Shown one piece after another: positions 1 through 10,711 of a stretch of DNA of 29,182 nucleotides (its first letter is position 1; each line of letters begins with the position of its first letter). The notes under the pieces were generated by a model, which did not search any database, was not told where the DNA came from, and saw only the letters and a list, made by a program, of their open reading frames with translations. The translations under genes and the position numbers were made by a program. Source of the stretch: an uncultured bacterium (GTDB lineage Bacteria > CAYUVA01); NCBI GenBank assembly GCA_964448115.1, contig CAYUVA010000003.1, positions 124,001-153,182 of the forward strand, given 5' to 3'.

Positions 1-310
1 TACGAGCACCGATTGGGATAATCCTTGTATATCCGCCGTTTCGGTCAGCAAAGTGAAGATTTATCTTGTTAAAGAGCTTAGCTACTACATCCTTACTTCT
101 TATATAGCCATAAGCCTGCCTTCTGGCATGAAGTGTCTCTTGTTTAGCAAGGGTAATCATCTTTTCGACCCTTCTTCTAAGCACCTTTGCCTTGGGCAGG
201 GTAGTTATGATTCTCCCGTTTTCCAGCAATGATGTGGTCATGTTTCTAAGCATTGCTTCTCTATGGGATGCTGTTTTACCCAGTTTTCCTTTTTGGGCTT
301 TATGTCTCAT
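1..310 (-). CDS. rplQ: 50S ribosomal protein bL17 (3' end runs off the window)
   Basis: Not in the ORF track. Manual translation from ATG at 310 gives MRHKAQKGKLGKTASHREAMLRNMTTSLLENGRIITTLPKAK...DRNGGYTRIIPIGAR, with L17 motifs (ITTLPKAK, RxGGYTRI). SD GAGGTG overlaps the rpoA stop. Canonical position after rpoA. Confidence 0.97.
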   Translation of the reverse strand, partial: MRHKAQKGKLGKTASHREAMLRNMTTSLLENGRIITTLPKAKVLRRRVEKMITLAKQETLHARRQAYGYIRSKDVVAKLFNKINLHFADRNGGYTRIIPIGAR

Positions 311-321
311 CTATCATCACC

Positions 322-1344
322 TCAAGCTTTTGTATCTTCTAGCATAGTTTTTTTGTATTCCTCGAGCTTTTTTAGGGTTTCCTTCTCTAAATTCATTCCA
401 AGCTCCAAGCCCATTTTATCGAGGATTGCTTTTATCTCTTTGAGCGATTTTTTTCCAAAGTTCTTGGTTTCCAGCATCTCTGCATCAGTTTTCTGCACCA
501 GGTCTCCGATAGTCAGGATACCTGCCTTTATCAGGCAGTTTTGAGCTCTTACCGAGAGTTCAAGCTCTTCAACGCTCTTGAATAGCTTATTATCAACGGC
601 TTGTTCATTGTCTGTATAGGTCAGCACATCCTCTTCATCGAACTTTGCGCCGCTTAAGAAAATGTTGAAGTGATCAGCAAGGATCTTTGCCGAGTAGATG
701 ATCGCCTCATCAGGCTTTATGGTCCCATCAGTTTTAACCTCAAGGTTCAGCCTTTCATACTCGGTAGATTTTCCGACCCTTGTATTTTCTATTGTAAAGT
801 TGACCTTTCTTACTGGCGAGTAAACCGCGTCAATTGGGATGGTTCCAACCGTTAGGTCATCGCTATCCTGTTGTTCAGCAGGGACTAATCCTCTGCCGAC
901 CTGGGCTTTCATTACCGCATTAAGTTTACCGCCCGGTTCTATGGTCGCCAGGTGGTGATCTTTATTTATGATTTCCACTTCGCTATCTGCTTTTATATCG
1001 CCTGCTGTAACCTGACCTGGTTTATCGATGTTCAGGGTCAAGAACTTTGGTTGGCTAGACTTGATCTTGAGCAATACTCCCTTAAGATTCAAAATAAAGT
1101 CTGTAACATCCTCGACTATATTCGGCATGGGAGAGAACTCGTGTAATACTCCCTCGATCTGAACAGAAGTAATAGCGGTACCCTGGAGCGATGAGAGCAT
1201 AACTCTTCTTAGGGCATTGCCAATGGTAATCCCGAATCCTCTCTCGAACGGCTCAGCCCAAAATTCCCCGTAGGAATCAGTTAAGGTTGCCTCGTTGCAT
1301 TGCAGTCTATTCGGTTTTTGCAGTCCCTTCCAATGCAAATACAT
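322..1344 (-). CDS. rpoA: RNA polymerase subunit alpha
   Basis: EPFERGFGITIGNALRRVMLSSL, IEGVLHEF, IDAVYSPVRKV, and alpha-CTD ELSVRAQNCL...KNFGKKSLKEIK. SD AGGAGG upstream. Confidence 0.99.
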   Translation of the reverse strand: MYLHWKGLQKPNRLQCNEATLTDSYGEFWAEPFERGFGITIGNALRRVMLSSLQGTAITSVQIEGVLHEFSPMPNIVEDVTDFILNLKGVLLKIKSSQPKFLTLNIDKPGQVTAGDIKADSEVEIINKDHHLATIEPGGKLNAVMKAQVGRGLVPAEQQDSDDLTVGTIPIDAVYSPVRKVNFTIENTRVGKSTEYERLNLEVKTDGTIKPDEAIIYSAKILADHFNIFLSGAKFDEEDVLTYTDNEQAVDNKLFKSVEELELSVRAQNCLIKAGILTIGDLVQKTDAEMLETKNFGKKSLKEIKAILDKMGLELGMNLEKETLKKLEEYKKTMLEDTKA

Positions 1345-1441
1345 AAGCGCATTACCTCCTGGAGTTATCCTTAATCATTAACTGTTTTTTCATACTTTTG
1401 CTAATATGACGGATGATTACATCCGGTACACTCATTTCCGA

Positions 1442-2068
1442 TTACTTAGAGTATAGCTCTACGATAAGCTGCTCCTTGAAATCGACTGGTATATCCTCTC
1501 TTGTCGGTATTGTAACCAGTGAGCCAGACATTTTCTCTATATCCAAAGATAGCCAAGAGGGTCGCTCCAGATGCTTTGCCGTTTCTAATGCTTCTTTTAT
1601 TATAGTTAGATTCTGGCTCTTAGGACGAACCGAGATTGTTTCCCCGATCTTCACCAGGTATGATGGAATATCTACTTTCTTACCATTTATCAAGAAATGA
1701 CCGTGTTTGACTAGTTGTCGCGCTTGCCTTCGTGATGCAGCGAATCCTAGACGATAGACCATGTTATCAAGCCGTCTTTCCAGCAATACTAGCAAGTTGT
1801 ATCCGCTCATCCCTTTCATCCGCGCTGCCTTGGAGAATGTTATCTTGAACTGTCGTTCCATCATTCCATAGGTTTTGCGCATCTTTTGCTTTTCTCTAAG
1901 CTGCATTCCATAATCAGACATCTTCGGTCTTCTTTGTCCATGCTGTCCAGGAGCGAAGCTTCGGCGCTTGAAGGAACATTTATCCCCCATGCATCTATTG
2001 CCCTTCAGGTAGAGTTTCTCCCCCTCACGACGGCAAACCCTGCATACAGGTCCTGTATATCTAGCCAA
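1442..2068 (-). CDS. rpsD: 30S ribosomal protein uS4 (Cys-containing, zinc-type N-terminus)
   Basis: [16 protein letters not shown]...[30 protein letters not shown] start with SD AAAGGAGGT. Confidence 0.99.
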   Translation of the reverse strand: MARYTGPVCRVCRREGEKLYLKGNRCMGDKCSFKRRSFAPGQHGQRRPKMSDYGMQLREKQKMRKTYGMMERQFKITFSKAARMKGMSGYNLLVLLERRLDNMVYRLGFAASRRQARQLVKHGHFLINGKKVDIPSYLVKIGETISVRPKSQNLTIIKEALETAKHLERPSWLSLDIEKMSGSLVTIPTREDIPVDFKEQLIVELYSK

Positions 2069-2087
2069 GTTTTGACCTCCTTTTCAT

Positions 2088-2492
2088 TTAGACTCTTCTT
2101 CTTTTAGGCGACCGGCATCCGTTGTGCGGTATCGGCGAGACATCCTTGATGGTCCGGATGATTAACCCAACAGCCTGCAAGGCTCTGATCGCAGACTCTC
2201 TTCCAGAGCCGGGACCTTTAACCTGGACATCGACGCTTTCCATTCCAAAATCATCAATGGCTTTTTTGCCCGCGTTCCTCGCCACCAATTGGGCAGCGTA
2301 AGGGGTGCTTTTCCTGGAGCCTTTGTATCCGATCGAACCGGCTGATGCCCAGCATATAGTGTTCCCACCAGGATCGGTAATTGTTACCAAGGTATTGTTA
2401 AATGTCGCTTGTATATGGACAACCCCATGAGGGACCTTGATTTTTTCTTTTCGTTTCTTCTTGCCAGCCTTTGCTCTTGTCTTTTTTGCCAT
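2088..2492 (-). CDS. rpsK: 30S ribosomal protein uS11
   Basis: [56 protein letters not shown]. Confidence 0.99.
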   Translation of the reverse strand: MAKKTRAKAGKKKRKEKIKVPHGVVHIQATFNNTLVTITDPGGNTICWASAGSIGYKGSRKSTPYAAQLVARNAGKKAIDDFGMESVDVQVKGPGSGRESAIRALQAVGLIIRTIKDVSPIPHNGCRSPKRRRV

Positions 2493-2495
2493 CTA

Positions 2496-2870
2496 TTATT
2501 TCCCCTTCTTGCGAATGCCGATAGATCTCTTTCTGCCCTTCTTGGTTCTGGCGTTGGTATGTGTTCTTTGACCTCTTACGGGGAGTCCTCTTTTATGTCT
2601 CCACCCGCGGTAACAACCGATATCCATGAGCCTTTTTATGTTCATGGAGACCTCTTGTCTCAGTTCCCCCTCGACCTTGTAGCGAGTCTCTATTATCCTG
2701 CGAATTGCATTGATTTGATCCTCGGTGAGATCTTTGACTCTGGTATCAGCATCTATACCGGCTTCTTGCAAGATCATATTTGATCTACTCCTGCCGATGC
2801 CGAAGATATATGTAAGTCCGATCTCTATCCTTTTATTCTTCGGCAGATCAACACCTGCGATTCTTGCCAT
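2496..2870 (-). CDS. rpsM: 30S ribosomal protein uS13
   Basis: [40 protein letters not shown]. Confidence 0.99.
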   Translation of the reverse strand: MARIAGVDLPKNKRIEIGLTYIFGIGRSRSNMILQEAGIDADTRVKDLTEDQINAIRRIIETRYKVEGELRQEVSMNIKRLMDIGCYRGWRHKRGLPVRGQRTHTNARTKKGRKRSIGIRKKGK

Positions 2871-2887
2871 TTATGCCTCCGAGATCT

Positions 2888-3001
2888 TTATCCTTGTCTT
2901 TGTTTATGTTTAGGGTTCTCGCAGATCACTCTAACTACACCCTTGCGTTTTATTATTCGGCACTTATCGCATATCCTTTTAACCGATGGTCTTACTTTCA
3001 T
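2888..3001 (-). CDS. rpmJ: 50S ribosomal protein bL36 (zinc-binding C+ form)
   Basis: Below the ORF-track cutoff. Manual translation gives [37 protein letters not shown] (37 aa, CxxC...C...H). Confidence 0.98.
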   Translation of the reverse strand: MKVRPSVKRICDKCRIIKRKGVVRVICENPKHKQRQG

Positions 3002-3030
3002 TTGTCATGCACCTTCTTATCGATATTTTA

Positions 3031-3249
3031 TTATTTCTGCCTGAAAACGATCCGACCCTTGGTCAGATCATAAGGTGATAAGTGTACCAGAACTTTATCT
3101 CCAGGTAAAATCCTGATGAAGTGTTTACGCATCTTACCGGATATGTATGCTAAAACACGCATTCCATTTTCTAGTTCCACTCGAAACATGCCATTAGGTA
3201 AAGGTTCAACTATGGTTCCCTCAACCTCTATGGCATCATCTTTGGGCAT
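3031..3249 (-). CDS. infA: Translation initiation factor IF-1
   Basis: [29 protein letters not shown]...[18 protein letters not shown]...[10 protein letters not shown]. Confidence 0.99.
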   Translation of the reverse strand: MPKDDAIEVEGTIVEPLPNGMFRVELENGMRVLAYISGKMRKHFIRILPGDKVLVHLSPYDLTKGRIVFRQK

Positions 3250-3254
3250 AATAT

Positions 3255-4073
3255 CTACTCCCTGCTGGTCTGCTGAGGTTCAAAAAAGTCAAACTCGATA
3301 GCTTCCCATGCCTCGCTTAAGATACTGGGTCGATCTTTCATAACCACAACCGAATGCTCGAAGTGAGCCGACAGGCTACCATCTTTAGTGCGTGCTGTCC
3401 ATTGATCATGGTCGATCAACACCTCGTAATCGCCCATGAGCACCATAGGCTCCAGGGCAAAGACCATCCCTTCCTTAAGGAGCAATCCCCGTCCAGCCTT
3501 TCCAAAATTCGGTATCTGTGGCTCCTCGTGCAGGTTCACGCCGATTCCATGTCCGACAAAGACTCTTACCACAGAATACCCGGCACTCTCGGCGGTTGTT
3601 TGGATTGCGCTTGAAATGTCGCCTAGCTTGTTACCCTGGCGCATCTGGGATATGCCTTGATGCAACGCCTGGTAGGTTACCCTGAGCAGTCTTTGCGTCT
3701 CGGCATCAACCTGCCCCACCGGCAATGTTACCGCTGCATCTCCATAATATCCATTAAAATAGACACCGCAGTCTATGCTCACTATGTCACCGCTTCTTAA
3801 GATCCTTTTCTTTGAGGGGATTCCGTGAACGATCTCGTCGTTTATCGAAGCGCAGATAGTTGCTGGAAAAGGTCTAGGGTTCGATCCCTGGTACCCCTTG
3901 AAGGCGGGGAGGGCTCCTCGGCTGCGAATAAAGGATTCGGCAGCCCTATCCAGCTCTTTTGTATTTATTCCTGGCTCTATCATCTTGCTCAGCATTACCA
4001 GCGTCTCACCCACGATGTCGTTCGCCCTTTTTAGGGTTTCAAGCTCCCGGGACGACCTTATATTTATGCTCAT
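3255..4073 (-). CDS. map: Type I methionine aminopeptidase
   Basis: [13 protein letters not shown], metal-ligand motifs [34 protein letters not shown]. Sits in the adk-map-infA synteny. Confidence 0.98.
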   Translation of the reverse strand: MSINIRSSRELETLKRANDIVGETLVMLSKMIEPGINTKELDRAAESFIRSRGALPAFKGYQGSNPRPFPATICASINDEIVHGIPSKKRILRSGDIVSIDCGVYFNGYYGDAAVTLPVGQVDAETQRLLRVTYQALHQGISQMRQGNKLGDISSAIQTTAESAGYSVVRVFVGHGIGVNLHEEPQIPNFGKAGRGLLLKEGMVFALEPMVLMGDYEVLIDHDQWTARTKDGSLSAHFEHSVVVMKDRPSILSEAWEAIEFDFFEPQQTSRE

Positions 4074-4087
4074 GAAAAACGGTGGCT

Positions 4088-4732
4088 TTATACTTTGATC
4101 TTGTTATTTATTCTTGCTTGTACATCCTTGATATCCCCCTCACCGGAGATCTCCGTAAGAAGGTTTTTGTTGCGATAATACTCCTCGAGCGGTCCCGTGG
4201 TTTCCCTGTACACCTTCAATCGTTCCCTTATCACCTCTTCGGTATCATCCTTGCGTTGGTAAAGCTCACCGCCGCAGTTATCGCAAACTGCATCATTTCG
4301 CGGAGGCTTGTAAATTATATGGAATACTGCGCCACAGTCCTTGCAAGAACGGCGTCCGGAGAGTCTCCTTACTATCTCTTCCTCGCCGGCGATAATATTT
4401 AATACTAGATCCAGCCCTTGACCTAGCTTTCCCAGTATCTCTGTCAGCGATTCAGCCTGTTTTAGCGTCCTGGGAAAGCCATCAAGGATATATCCTGCCC
4501 GGCAGTCATCCTCACTCAACCGGTCAGCCACCATATCGATTACGATCTCATCAGGAACTAATTTCCCTGCCTTCATGTACTCCTCGGCTTTTCTTCCCAG
4601 CTCGGTCTTAAGTGATACATTCTTACGAAAGATATCCCCGGTGGAAATATGGGGGACATCGAGTTTTTCAGCCATGTACTTGGCTTGGGTTCCCTTTCCC
4701 ACTCCAGGGGGTCCTAATAGTACTATTCGCAT
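4088..4732 (-). CDS. adk: Adenylate kinase with a zinc-type LID (CxxC...CxxC)
   Basis: P-loop GPPGVGKGTQA, HISTGDIFR, LDGFPRT, LID RRSCKDCG...VCDNCGGELYQRKDD. TAATG overlap with the secY stop. Confidence 0.99.
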   Translation of the reverse strand: MRIVLLGPPGVGKGTQAKYMAEKLDVPHISTGDIFRKNVSLKTELGRKAEEYMKAGKLVPDEIVIDMVADRLSEDDCRAGYILDGFPRTLKQAESLTEILGKLGQGLDLVLNIIAGEEEIVRRLSGRRSCKDCGAVFHIIYKPPRNDAVCDNCGGELYQRKDDTEEVIRERLKVYRETTGPLEEYYRNKNLLTEISGEGDIKDVQARINNKIKV

Positions 4733-6042
4733 TATTTACTCCTTCTTCTGCTTCCCTTGCGCATGAATCCCTCATAGTGCCTCATTAAAAGATGGCTCTC
4801 GATCTGCTGAACCGTATCCAATCCAACACCGATGACGATGAGCAGCGATGTTCCACCAAAGTAAAAAGGTATATTGAACCATTTTATTAAGAATGTAGGC
4901 ATGATCGCTATGGCAGCGAGAAATATAGAGCCAACCAGGGTCACCCTGGTCAAGACTCGGTCTATATAGTCGGCGGTGCGCTTGCCGGGTCTTATGCCGG
5001 GGATGAAGCCACCGTACTTCTTCATGTTATCAGCCAGATCGACCGGGTTGAAGATGATCGCTGTATAGAAATAGCAAAAGAAGACTATGGCTGCCGTATA
5101 GATAACCATGTAAAGTGGCGCTCCCGGAGCCAGCATGTCCATTATGGTACCGACAAAGGGAAACCTATCCTTGGGTAAAAAATTGGCTATGGTAGTCGGG
5201 AACATGATGATCGAGGCAGCGAAGATTATGGGGATGACACCAGCGGTGTTGATCTTCATCGGGATATGCGTGCTTTGACCGCCATACATCTTCCTGCCCA
5301 CCACCCTCTTGGCGTATTGCACCGGAATGCGACGTTGTCCCTGCTGGACAATGATGATAAGGGCGATTACTGCAACCACGATGATCCCGATCACAGCAGC
5401 CTCATATAGCTCCATCTCTTTTATTAACAGGCGCTGGTACAAGGAGAGTATGCCAGATGGCATGGCAGCGATGATGCCGGCAAAGATGATCAGGGAGATG
5501 CCGTTTCCAACTCCTCGCTCGGTGATCTGCTCGCCGAGCCACATGATGAAAGCAGTTCCAGCGGTTAAGGTGATAACCATCATCAACCTGAAACCCCAGC
5601 CGGGATTTAAGACAAAGGCACCGCCTTGCATAGCCTCCAAGCCAACCGCTATGCCGAACGACTGGATAACGCTTAGCACCACCGTGCCATATCGGGTATA
5701 TTGGGTGATCTTCTTTCTGCCCGCCTCGCCTTCCTTTGCCAACTGAGCCAACTTTGGGACAACCACGGTTAAAAGCTGAAGGATAATCGAGGCGGAAATG
5801 TATGGCATAATCCCCAGAGAGAAGATGGTCATGTTCAGGAATGCTCCACCGGAGAACATATCGTAAAAGCCGAATATGGTGCCAGCGGCTGCCTTGGACA
5901 TGAACTCAGCAAGGGCTGAGGTGTTTATGCCTGGAGATGGGACATGACAACCTATGCGATAGATAAAAAGAAAGAAAAGTGTATAAAAGATCCTCTTTCT
6001 AAGGTCCGGTATCTTGAAGATATTGGCAAAGGTCTCTATCAT
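4732..6042 (-). CDS. secY: Preprotein translocase subunit SecY
   Basis: [70 protein letters not shown], with multiple hydrophobic segments. Confidence 0.99.
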   Translation of the reverse strand: MIETFANIFKIPDLRKRIFYTLFFLFIYRIGCHVPSPGINTSALAEFMSKAAAGTIFGFYDMFSGGAFLNMTIFSLGIMPYISASIILQLLTVVVPKLAQLAKEGEAGRKKITQYTRYGTVVLSVIQSFGIAVGLEAMQGGAFVLNPGWGFRLMMVITLTAGTAFIMWLGEQITERGVGNGISLIIFAGIIAAMPSGILSLYQRLLIKEMELYEAAVIGIIVVAVIALIIIVQQGQRRIPVQYAKRVVGRKMYGGQSTHIPMKINTAGVIPIIFAASIIMFPTTIANFLPKDRFPFVGTIMDMLAPGAPLYMVIYTAAIVFFCYFYTAIIFNPVDLADNMKKYGGFIPGIRPGKRTADYIDRVLTRVTLVGSIFLAAIAIMPTFLIKWFNIPFYFGGTSLLIVIGVGLDTVQQIESHLLMRHYEGFMRKGSRRRSK

Positions 6043-6482
6043 TTATCCGATCCCTCTATGCTACCCCCGGCGTTTAAGATCTTTTGTTTGGCTGAATTGG
6101 AGACTGCCTGTACCTTGAAGATCAAGGGTATATGGATCTCTCCATCCCCAAGTATCTTCACACCATCCTTGCCAGCCTTGCTAATTATGCCCTTTTCCTT
6201 CAGCGTCTGGATGGTTACCTCCTCATTGGGATCGTATTTTGCCAGATCATCTAGGTTGATCACGGCGAATTCCTTTTTGAATATATTAGTGAATCCTTTG
6301 CTGGGGAGTCTCCTGTACAGAGGCATCTGACCACCCTCGAACCATCTTTTTGTCTTCATTCTGGCTTTTTGCCCCTTGTGTCCTCTGGTGCTAGTTTTTC
6401 CGTGTCCGCTTCCAGGTCCTCTTCCGACCCTTTTTCGTTTTTTACGAGCGCCCTGTGGTGGTTTTAGTTCGCTAAGTTTCAT
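6039..6482 (-). CDS. rplO: 50S ribosomal protein uL15
   Basis: [49 protein letters not shown] overlap with secY. Confidence 0.99.
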   Translation of the reverse strand: MKLSELKPPQGARKKRKRVGRGPGSGHGKTSTRGHKGQKARMKTKRWFEGGQMPLYRRLPSKGFTNIFKKEFAVINLDDLAKYDPNEEVTIQTLKEKGIISKAGKDGVKILGDGEIHIPLIFKVQAVSNSAKQKILNAGGSIEGSDK

Positions 6483-6484
6483 AT

Positions 6485-6736
6485 CTATTTCACCTCTTCG
6501 CTAGACTCTTCAGTATAGTCTTCCCATTCGACCAGGTGTCTAACCTTGTATATCATTCCCATGATCTCTGGTGATTTCTTCCTAAGTTCCACCTTGTTGA
6601 TCTTGCTCAGCCCTAGCCCTTTGAGCACCTTCTTTAATTTCAGGGGTTTTCCGGTCGGGCTTCTCTTTAGCCAAACCTTAATTAACTGGGTATCTTTTTG
6701 TTCTTTCATGTCAGTCATCTTAGGTGCCTCAACCAT
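6485..6736 (-). CDS. rpmD: 50S ribosomal protein uL30 (divergent, with terminal extensions; start uncertain)
   Basis: Core [11 protein letters not shown]...[11 protein letters not shown]...[14 protein letters not shown]. Position between rpsE and rplO. Confidence 0.93.
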   Translation of the reverse strand: MVEAPKMTDMKEQKDTQLIKVWLKRSPTGKPLKLKKVLKGLGLSKINKVELRKKSPEIMGMIYKVRHLVEWEDYTEESSEEVK

Positions 6737-6738
6737 TA

Positions 6739-7239
6739 TTATTCCTGGAGCTCTTCCACTGATTTATCCCTAAGTCGAGCAGCCTCGGAAAATGAGCGAA
6801 GCCTTTTCAGCCCATTTAGTGTCGCCTTTATAACATTCAAGGGATTAGTCGAGCCATGTATCTTAGTGAGAATATCAGTTATGCCGGCAGCTTCCATGAC
6901 CGCTCTCACAGATCCGCCGGCGATGATCCCGGTGCCGGGTGCTGCTGGCTTGAGTAAGACCTTTGATTTCTCAAATTTGCCGATGATCTCATGCGGTATT
7001 GTTGTACCGACAACCGGCACAGTCATCATATTTTTCTTGGCTTGCTCTATTCCTTTGCTGATCGCTGCCGGCACCTCAGTAGCCTTGCCGAGGGCAGCTC
7101 CCACGCGACCTTTCTTGTCGCCGACGACCACTACTGCGCTGAAGGAAAAGCGACGCCCTCCCTTCACGACCTTGGCTACTCGGTTGAGCTGCACTACCTT
7201 ATCGAAAAATTCCAACTGTTCGCCGGATATATTATCCAT
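6739..7239 (-). CDS. rpsE: 30S ribosomal protein uS5
   Basis: [57 protein letters not shown]. Confidence 0.99.
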   Translation of the reverse strand: MDNISGEQLEFFDKVVQLNRVAKVVKGGRRFSFSAVVVVGDKKGRVGAALGKATEVPAAISKGIEQAKKNMMTVPVVGTTIPHEIIGKFEKSKVLLKPAAPGTGIIAGGSVRAVMEAAGITDILTKIHGSTNPLNVIKATLNGLKRLRSFSEAARLRDKSVEELQE

Positions 7240-7266
7240 CTTTATTTAGCCCCTTGATATTATTAC

Positions 7267-7626
7267 CTAAAATTCAAGACCGTTTTCACGAGCAGCCTCA
7301 GCAAGCACTTTGACTTTTCCATGATACCTGTATGCGCCCCTGTCGAAACGAACCTTGGTGATATTTACCTTTTTTGCCTTTTCGGCTATCAGCTTTCCTA
7401 CCACCTTTGCTGCCTCAATATTGCCGCTTCTCCTAGTTGTCTCCTTGAATTCTGGAGAAAGGCTGCTTGCTGCCACCAGGGTTTTCCCGTTGAGATCATC
7501 TATTATCTGCGCGTATATATGTCGCAGGCTTCTGTAAACCGATAGGCGCGGGCGCTCCGGCGCGCCGAATATCTTCCTTCGCACCCTTCGTTTTCTCTTT
7601 TCTCTGGTTGTCTGTTTTTTATACAT
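7267..7626 (-). CDS. rplR: 50S ribosomal protein uL18
   Basis: [47 protein letters not shown] at 7626 is preferred over TTG at 7632 because of its spacing from SD AGAGGA. Confidence 0.97.
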   Translation of the reverse strand: MYKKQTTREKRKRRVRRKIFGAPERPRLSVYRSLRHIYAQIIDDLNGKTLVAASSLSPEFKETTRRSGNIEAAKVVGKLIAEKAKKVNITKVRFDRGAYRYHGKVKVLAEAARENGLEF

Positions 7627-7662
7627 ATCCAAGATCCTCTAGGCTATACATCGATTATCATT

Positions 7663-8202
7663 TTAGCCGGTCTTCTTACCTTCCTTGCTGATGACCTTCT
7701 CTCCAACATAGCGGATACCCTTGCCCTTGTAAGGTTCCACAGGTCTGAAGGAGCGAATATCAGCAGCAAATTGACCGACCAACTTTTTATCTATCCCTTT
7801 TATGATGATCAGGGTATTTTTTGCTTCTACAGACACATCTATGCCATCCGGGATAGTTACTCTGATGGGATGGGAATAGCCCAGCGCCAGATTAAGATAT
7901 TTTCCCTCCAGGTTTGCCTTGAAGCCAGTTCCCCGGATCTCCAATGACTTGGTAAATCCTTCGACAACTCCTTGCACCATGTTATTGATCAGGCTTCGGT
8001 ATAGTCCGTGAAGCGCCTTATCCTTGTGAGCATCAGAGGGTCTGGTAACCATTATCATCCCATCTTGAACCTTTACATCGAAGCCCGGCTTTACCTGCTG
8101 ACTAAGAACACCCAAGGGTCCGCTAACAGTTACAAGTTGCTCCTTTATCTTTACATCGACCTTGGGCGGTATTTTTATCGGTAGTTTACCTATTCGTGAC
8201 AT
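7663..8202 (-). CDS. rplF: 50S ribosomal protein uL6
   Basis: MSRIGKLPI, LGYSHPI, RPVEPYKGKGIRY, KEGK. Confidence 0.99.
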   Translation of the reverse strand: MSRIGKLPIKIPPKVDVKIKEQLVTVSGPLGVLSQQVKPGFDVKVQDGMIMVTRPSDAHKDKALHGLYRSLINNMVQGVVEGFTKSLEIRGTGFKANLEGKYLNLALGYSHPIRVTIPDGIDVSVEAKNTLIIIKGIDKKLVGQFAADIRSFRPVEPYKGKGIRYVGEKVISKEGKKTG

Positions 8203-8226
8203 CTCGCATTCCCTTTTCTTTGGATC

Positions 8227-8625
8227 TCACCAGACATGGCATAGTATCTCGCCACCAACATTGTATTTCCTGGCTTGTTTATCGGTTACAATGCCTATAG
8301 GAGTCGAGATAATCGCAATGCCAATACCGCCAAGCACCTTGTCTATTTCCTTTGCTTTGCGATAGACTCGTCTGCCAGGTTTGCTTATCCTTTTAAGATC
8401 GGTGATAACCCTTTCCTTTTCATCGTTGTATTTCATGTAGATACGTAGAATCCCCTGTTTATTATCCTCGATGAACTTGTATTTTCTTATAAATCCTTCT
8501 TCCTGGAGCACTTTTGCTATCTCGATCTTTATTCGGGAGCCGGGTATATCTACCTTCGGATGTAGGGCAATATTAGCGTTTCTTATCCTGGTGAGCATAT
8601 CTGATATCGGATCGGTCATGGTCAT
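8227..8625 (-). CDS. rpsH: 30S ribosomal protein uS8
   Basis: [45 protein letters not shown]. Confidence 0.99.
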   Translation of the reverse strand: MTMTDPISDMLTRIRNANIALHPKVDIPGSRIKIEIAKVLQEEGFIRKYKFIEDNKQGILRIYMKYNDEKERVITDLKRISKPGRRVYRKAKEIDKVLGGIGIAIISTPIGIVTDKQARKYNVGGEILCHVW

Positions 8626-8646
8626 CTTTACTCTTTCCTCCCTGCA

Positions 8647-8832
8647 TTACCAGCTAGACTTGGTTACACCGGGTATCTGTCCCTCGGAGGCGAGTTTGCG
8701 GAAGCATATCCGGCAAACCTCGAATTCCCGGTAGTACCCTCTTGGTCGGCCGCAGATTCGGCAGCGGTTATATTTTCTTACCTTGAATTTGGGTTTTTTC
8801 TTCCATTTTTCCATCAATGCCTTACGGGTCAT
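8647..8832 (-). CDS. rpsZ: 30S ribosomal protein uS14, short zinc-binding type Z (61 aa)
   Basis: [12 protein letters not shown]...[21 protein letters not shown], with two CxxC pairs. Confidence 0.98.
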   Translation of the reverse strand: MTRKALMEKWKKKPKFKVRKYNRCRICGRPRGYYREFEVCRICFRKLASEGQIPGVTKSSW

Positions 8833-8847
8833 TATATTTTTCTCCTG

Positions 8848-9396
8848 TTATCTTCTGAAGGGCATTCCCAACATCTTTAAGAGTTCTCTTCCCATCTCAT
8901 CATCATTGGCGGTGGTTACGATGGTTACAGAGAGCCCCCGAATTTTTTCAACCTTATCGTATTCTATCTCCGGAAATATGATTTGTTCCCGGATACCTAG
9001 CGAATAATTTCCTCTACCATCGAAGCTGTTTGGACTCAGACCTCTAAAGTCCCTGACTCTTGGGAGGGCGACATTGATCAGGCGATCTAAAAAGTCGTAC
9101 ATGCGGCTTCTTCTTAAAGTTACGGTAGTCCCGATGCGAGCGCCGGCTCTTAGCTTGAAGCCGGCTATAGATTTTCTCGCCTTGGTTATGACCGCCTTTT
9201 GCCCGGCTATTATAGTCAGCTCCTCCAGGGCGCTTTCCAGAGCCTTGGGGTTCTGTATTGCTTCCCCTACTCCCATATTCAGAGTAATCTTGACCAATCG
9301 AGGCATGGCCATGATGTTTTCGATACCATGTTTCTCCCTGAAGTAGGGAATGATTTCTTCCTTATATTTTGTCAGTAGTCTAGGCGTATATCCCAC
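8848..9396 (-). CDS. rplE: 50S ribosomal protein uL5
   Basis: [57 protein letters not shown] start. Confidence 0.99.
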   Translation of the reverse strand: MGYTPRLLTKYKEEIIPYFREKHGIENIMAMPRLVKITLNMGVGEAIQNPKALESALEELTIIAGQKAVITKARKSIAGFKLRAGARIGTTVTLRRSRMYDFLDRLINVALPRVRDFRGLSPNSFDGRGNYSLGIREQIIFPEIEYDKVEKIRGLSVTIVTTANDDEMGRELLKMLGMPFRR

Positions 9397-9410
9397 TTTT
9401 TATGCTCCCA

Positions 9411-9761
9411 CTACTTATCTATAAGCGCATTGCAGTTAGTACAAACCCTCGACTTTGTGCCATCGCCCATAAGGGAGTATTTCACTCGCACAGCATGGTT
9501 GCATGAGCCACAGACCACCATTACATTAGAGACATGGATGCTCCCTTCCATATCGAGGATGCCACCCTTCTGGTTGGTCTTGGTCGGCTTCTTATGCTTA
9601 TAGACCATATTGACTTTTTCTACGACTACCCGGTTGTTTCCCGGCAGGATGCTCAATACCTTTCCTCTTTTTCCTTTATCTTTGCCGGCGATGACCTGCA
9701 CCGTATCCTTTTTTTTAATATGTATCTTTTGCATCTTCTTTTCTTTTTGGGTTTTCTTCAT
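9411..9761 (-). CDS. rplX: 50S ribosomal protein uL24 (with CxxC...CxxC)
   Basis: KOW motif [33 protein letters not shown]. Confidence 0.98.
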   Translation of the reverse strand: MKKTQKEKKMQKIHIKKKDTVQVIAGKDKGKRGKVLSILPGNNRVVVEKVNMVYKHKKPTKTNQKGGILDMEGSIHVSNVMVVCGSCNHAVRVKYSLMGDGTKSRVCTNCNALIDK

Positions 9762-9786
9762 TTTTATACTCCTTCGCTAAGCATGT

Positions 9787-10161
9787 TCAAAGCACCTCCG
9801 GTGCCAAGGAGACTATCTTCATAAATTTTTTTTCTCTAAGCTCCCTGGCAACAGGACCGAATACCCTGGTGCCGACCGGTTCGTTTTGCTTATTGATGAT
9901 GACTGCGGAGTTCTTATCGAATCTAATATAAGTGCCGTCCTTGCGTCTTATCTCCTTTGCAGTTCTCACCACCACTGCTCGAACCACCTTTCCAGCCTTG
10001 ACCTGTTCATTGCAGTGGGGCATTGATACCTTCACCGAGGCGGTAATGATATCCCCCACTGATGCATAGCGTTTACCCGAACCCCCAAGCGGCGTAATAC
10101 ATTGTATCCTCTTGGCGCCCGAGTTATCGGCTACTTCCAACATGGTTCTCATCTTTATCAT
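9787..10161 (-). CDS. rplN: 50S ribosomal protein uL14
   Basis: [45 protein letters not shown]. Confidence 0.99.
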   Translation of the reverse strand: MIKMRTMLEVADNSGAKRIQCITPLGGSGKRYASVGDIITASVKVSMPHCNEQVKAGKVVRAVVVRTAKEIRRKDGTYIRFDKNSAVIINKQNEPVGTRVFGPVARELREKKFMKIVSLAPEVL

Positions 10162-10165
10162 CTTC

Positions 10166-10211
10166 GACTTCCTGTCATATTATTGAATATCGATGTTCGC
10201 TAATATAAGTC
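10166..10211 (-). promoter_or_regulatory. Candidate mRNA stem-loop in the rpsQ-rplN spacer, overlapping the rplN Shine-Dalgarno
   Basis: Nested inverted repeats on the mRNA: GACUU/AAGUC, AUAUUA/UAAUAU and GAA/UUC, with a GACAGG bulge. No U-tract. Confidence 0.3.
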
Positions 10212-10213
10212 TC

Positions 10214-10477
10214 CTATAATGCCTTCTGCAGGATCTTCAGCACCTTGAAGCTTTTCCTTTTAGAAAGCGGTCTGGATTCGATGAGCATAACCTTATCCCC
10301 GATACCGCATATATTGTCCTGGTCATGAGCCAGATATTTCTTTCGACGCTTGATGAACTTCTTGTACTTTTTATGTAGTACCTTGCGCTCAACCAGGACA
10401 TTCACCGTCTTATCCATGTTATTATTGATGACTACGCCGATGAGTCTTCTTTTCTGTGCACTTTGAGTCGTATTCAT
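10214..10477 (-). CDS. rpsQ: 30S ribosomal protein uS17
   Basis: GVVINNNMDKTVNV, HKKYKK, AHD..N.CGIGDKV.LIESRPLSKRK. Confidence 0.98.
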   Translation of the reverse strand: MNTTQSAQKRRLIGVVINNNMDKTVNVLVERKVLHKKYKKFIKRRKKYLAHDQDNICGIGDKVMLIESRPLSKRKSFKVLKILQKAL

Positions 10478-10710
10478 TTCGTTTCCCCGGTCGCTCGTTT
10501 AGTGATCTTTGGATTATCGGGGTCGATCCCCCTTTCTCTCAAGGTGGTAAGCGCTCTGGCAAGATTCTTTTTGGTTAGCTTTAAGGCTGCTGGATTATTC
10601 AGCGGTTCTCTTGCTGACTGGTATCTAAGATTGAAAAGCTCTTCTCTTAAGTCCTTAATCAGATCCAGTATCTCATCCGAGGGCATCTCTCTAATTTCCG
10701 AGGCTCTCAT
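10474..10710 (-). CDS. rpmC: 50S ribosomal protein uL29
   Basis: MRASEIREM, EELFNLRYQ, KKNLARALTTLRER. Position between rplP and rpsQ. Confidence 0.96.
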   Translation of the reverse strand: MRASEIREMPSDEILDLIKDLREELFNLRYQSAREPLNNPAALKLTKKNLARALTTLRERGIDPDNPKITKRATGETK

Positions 10711-10711
10711 A

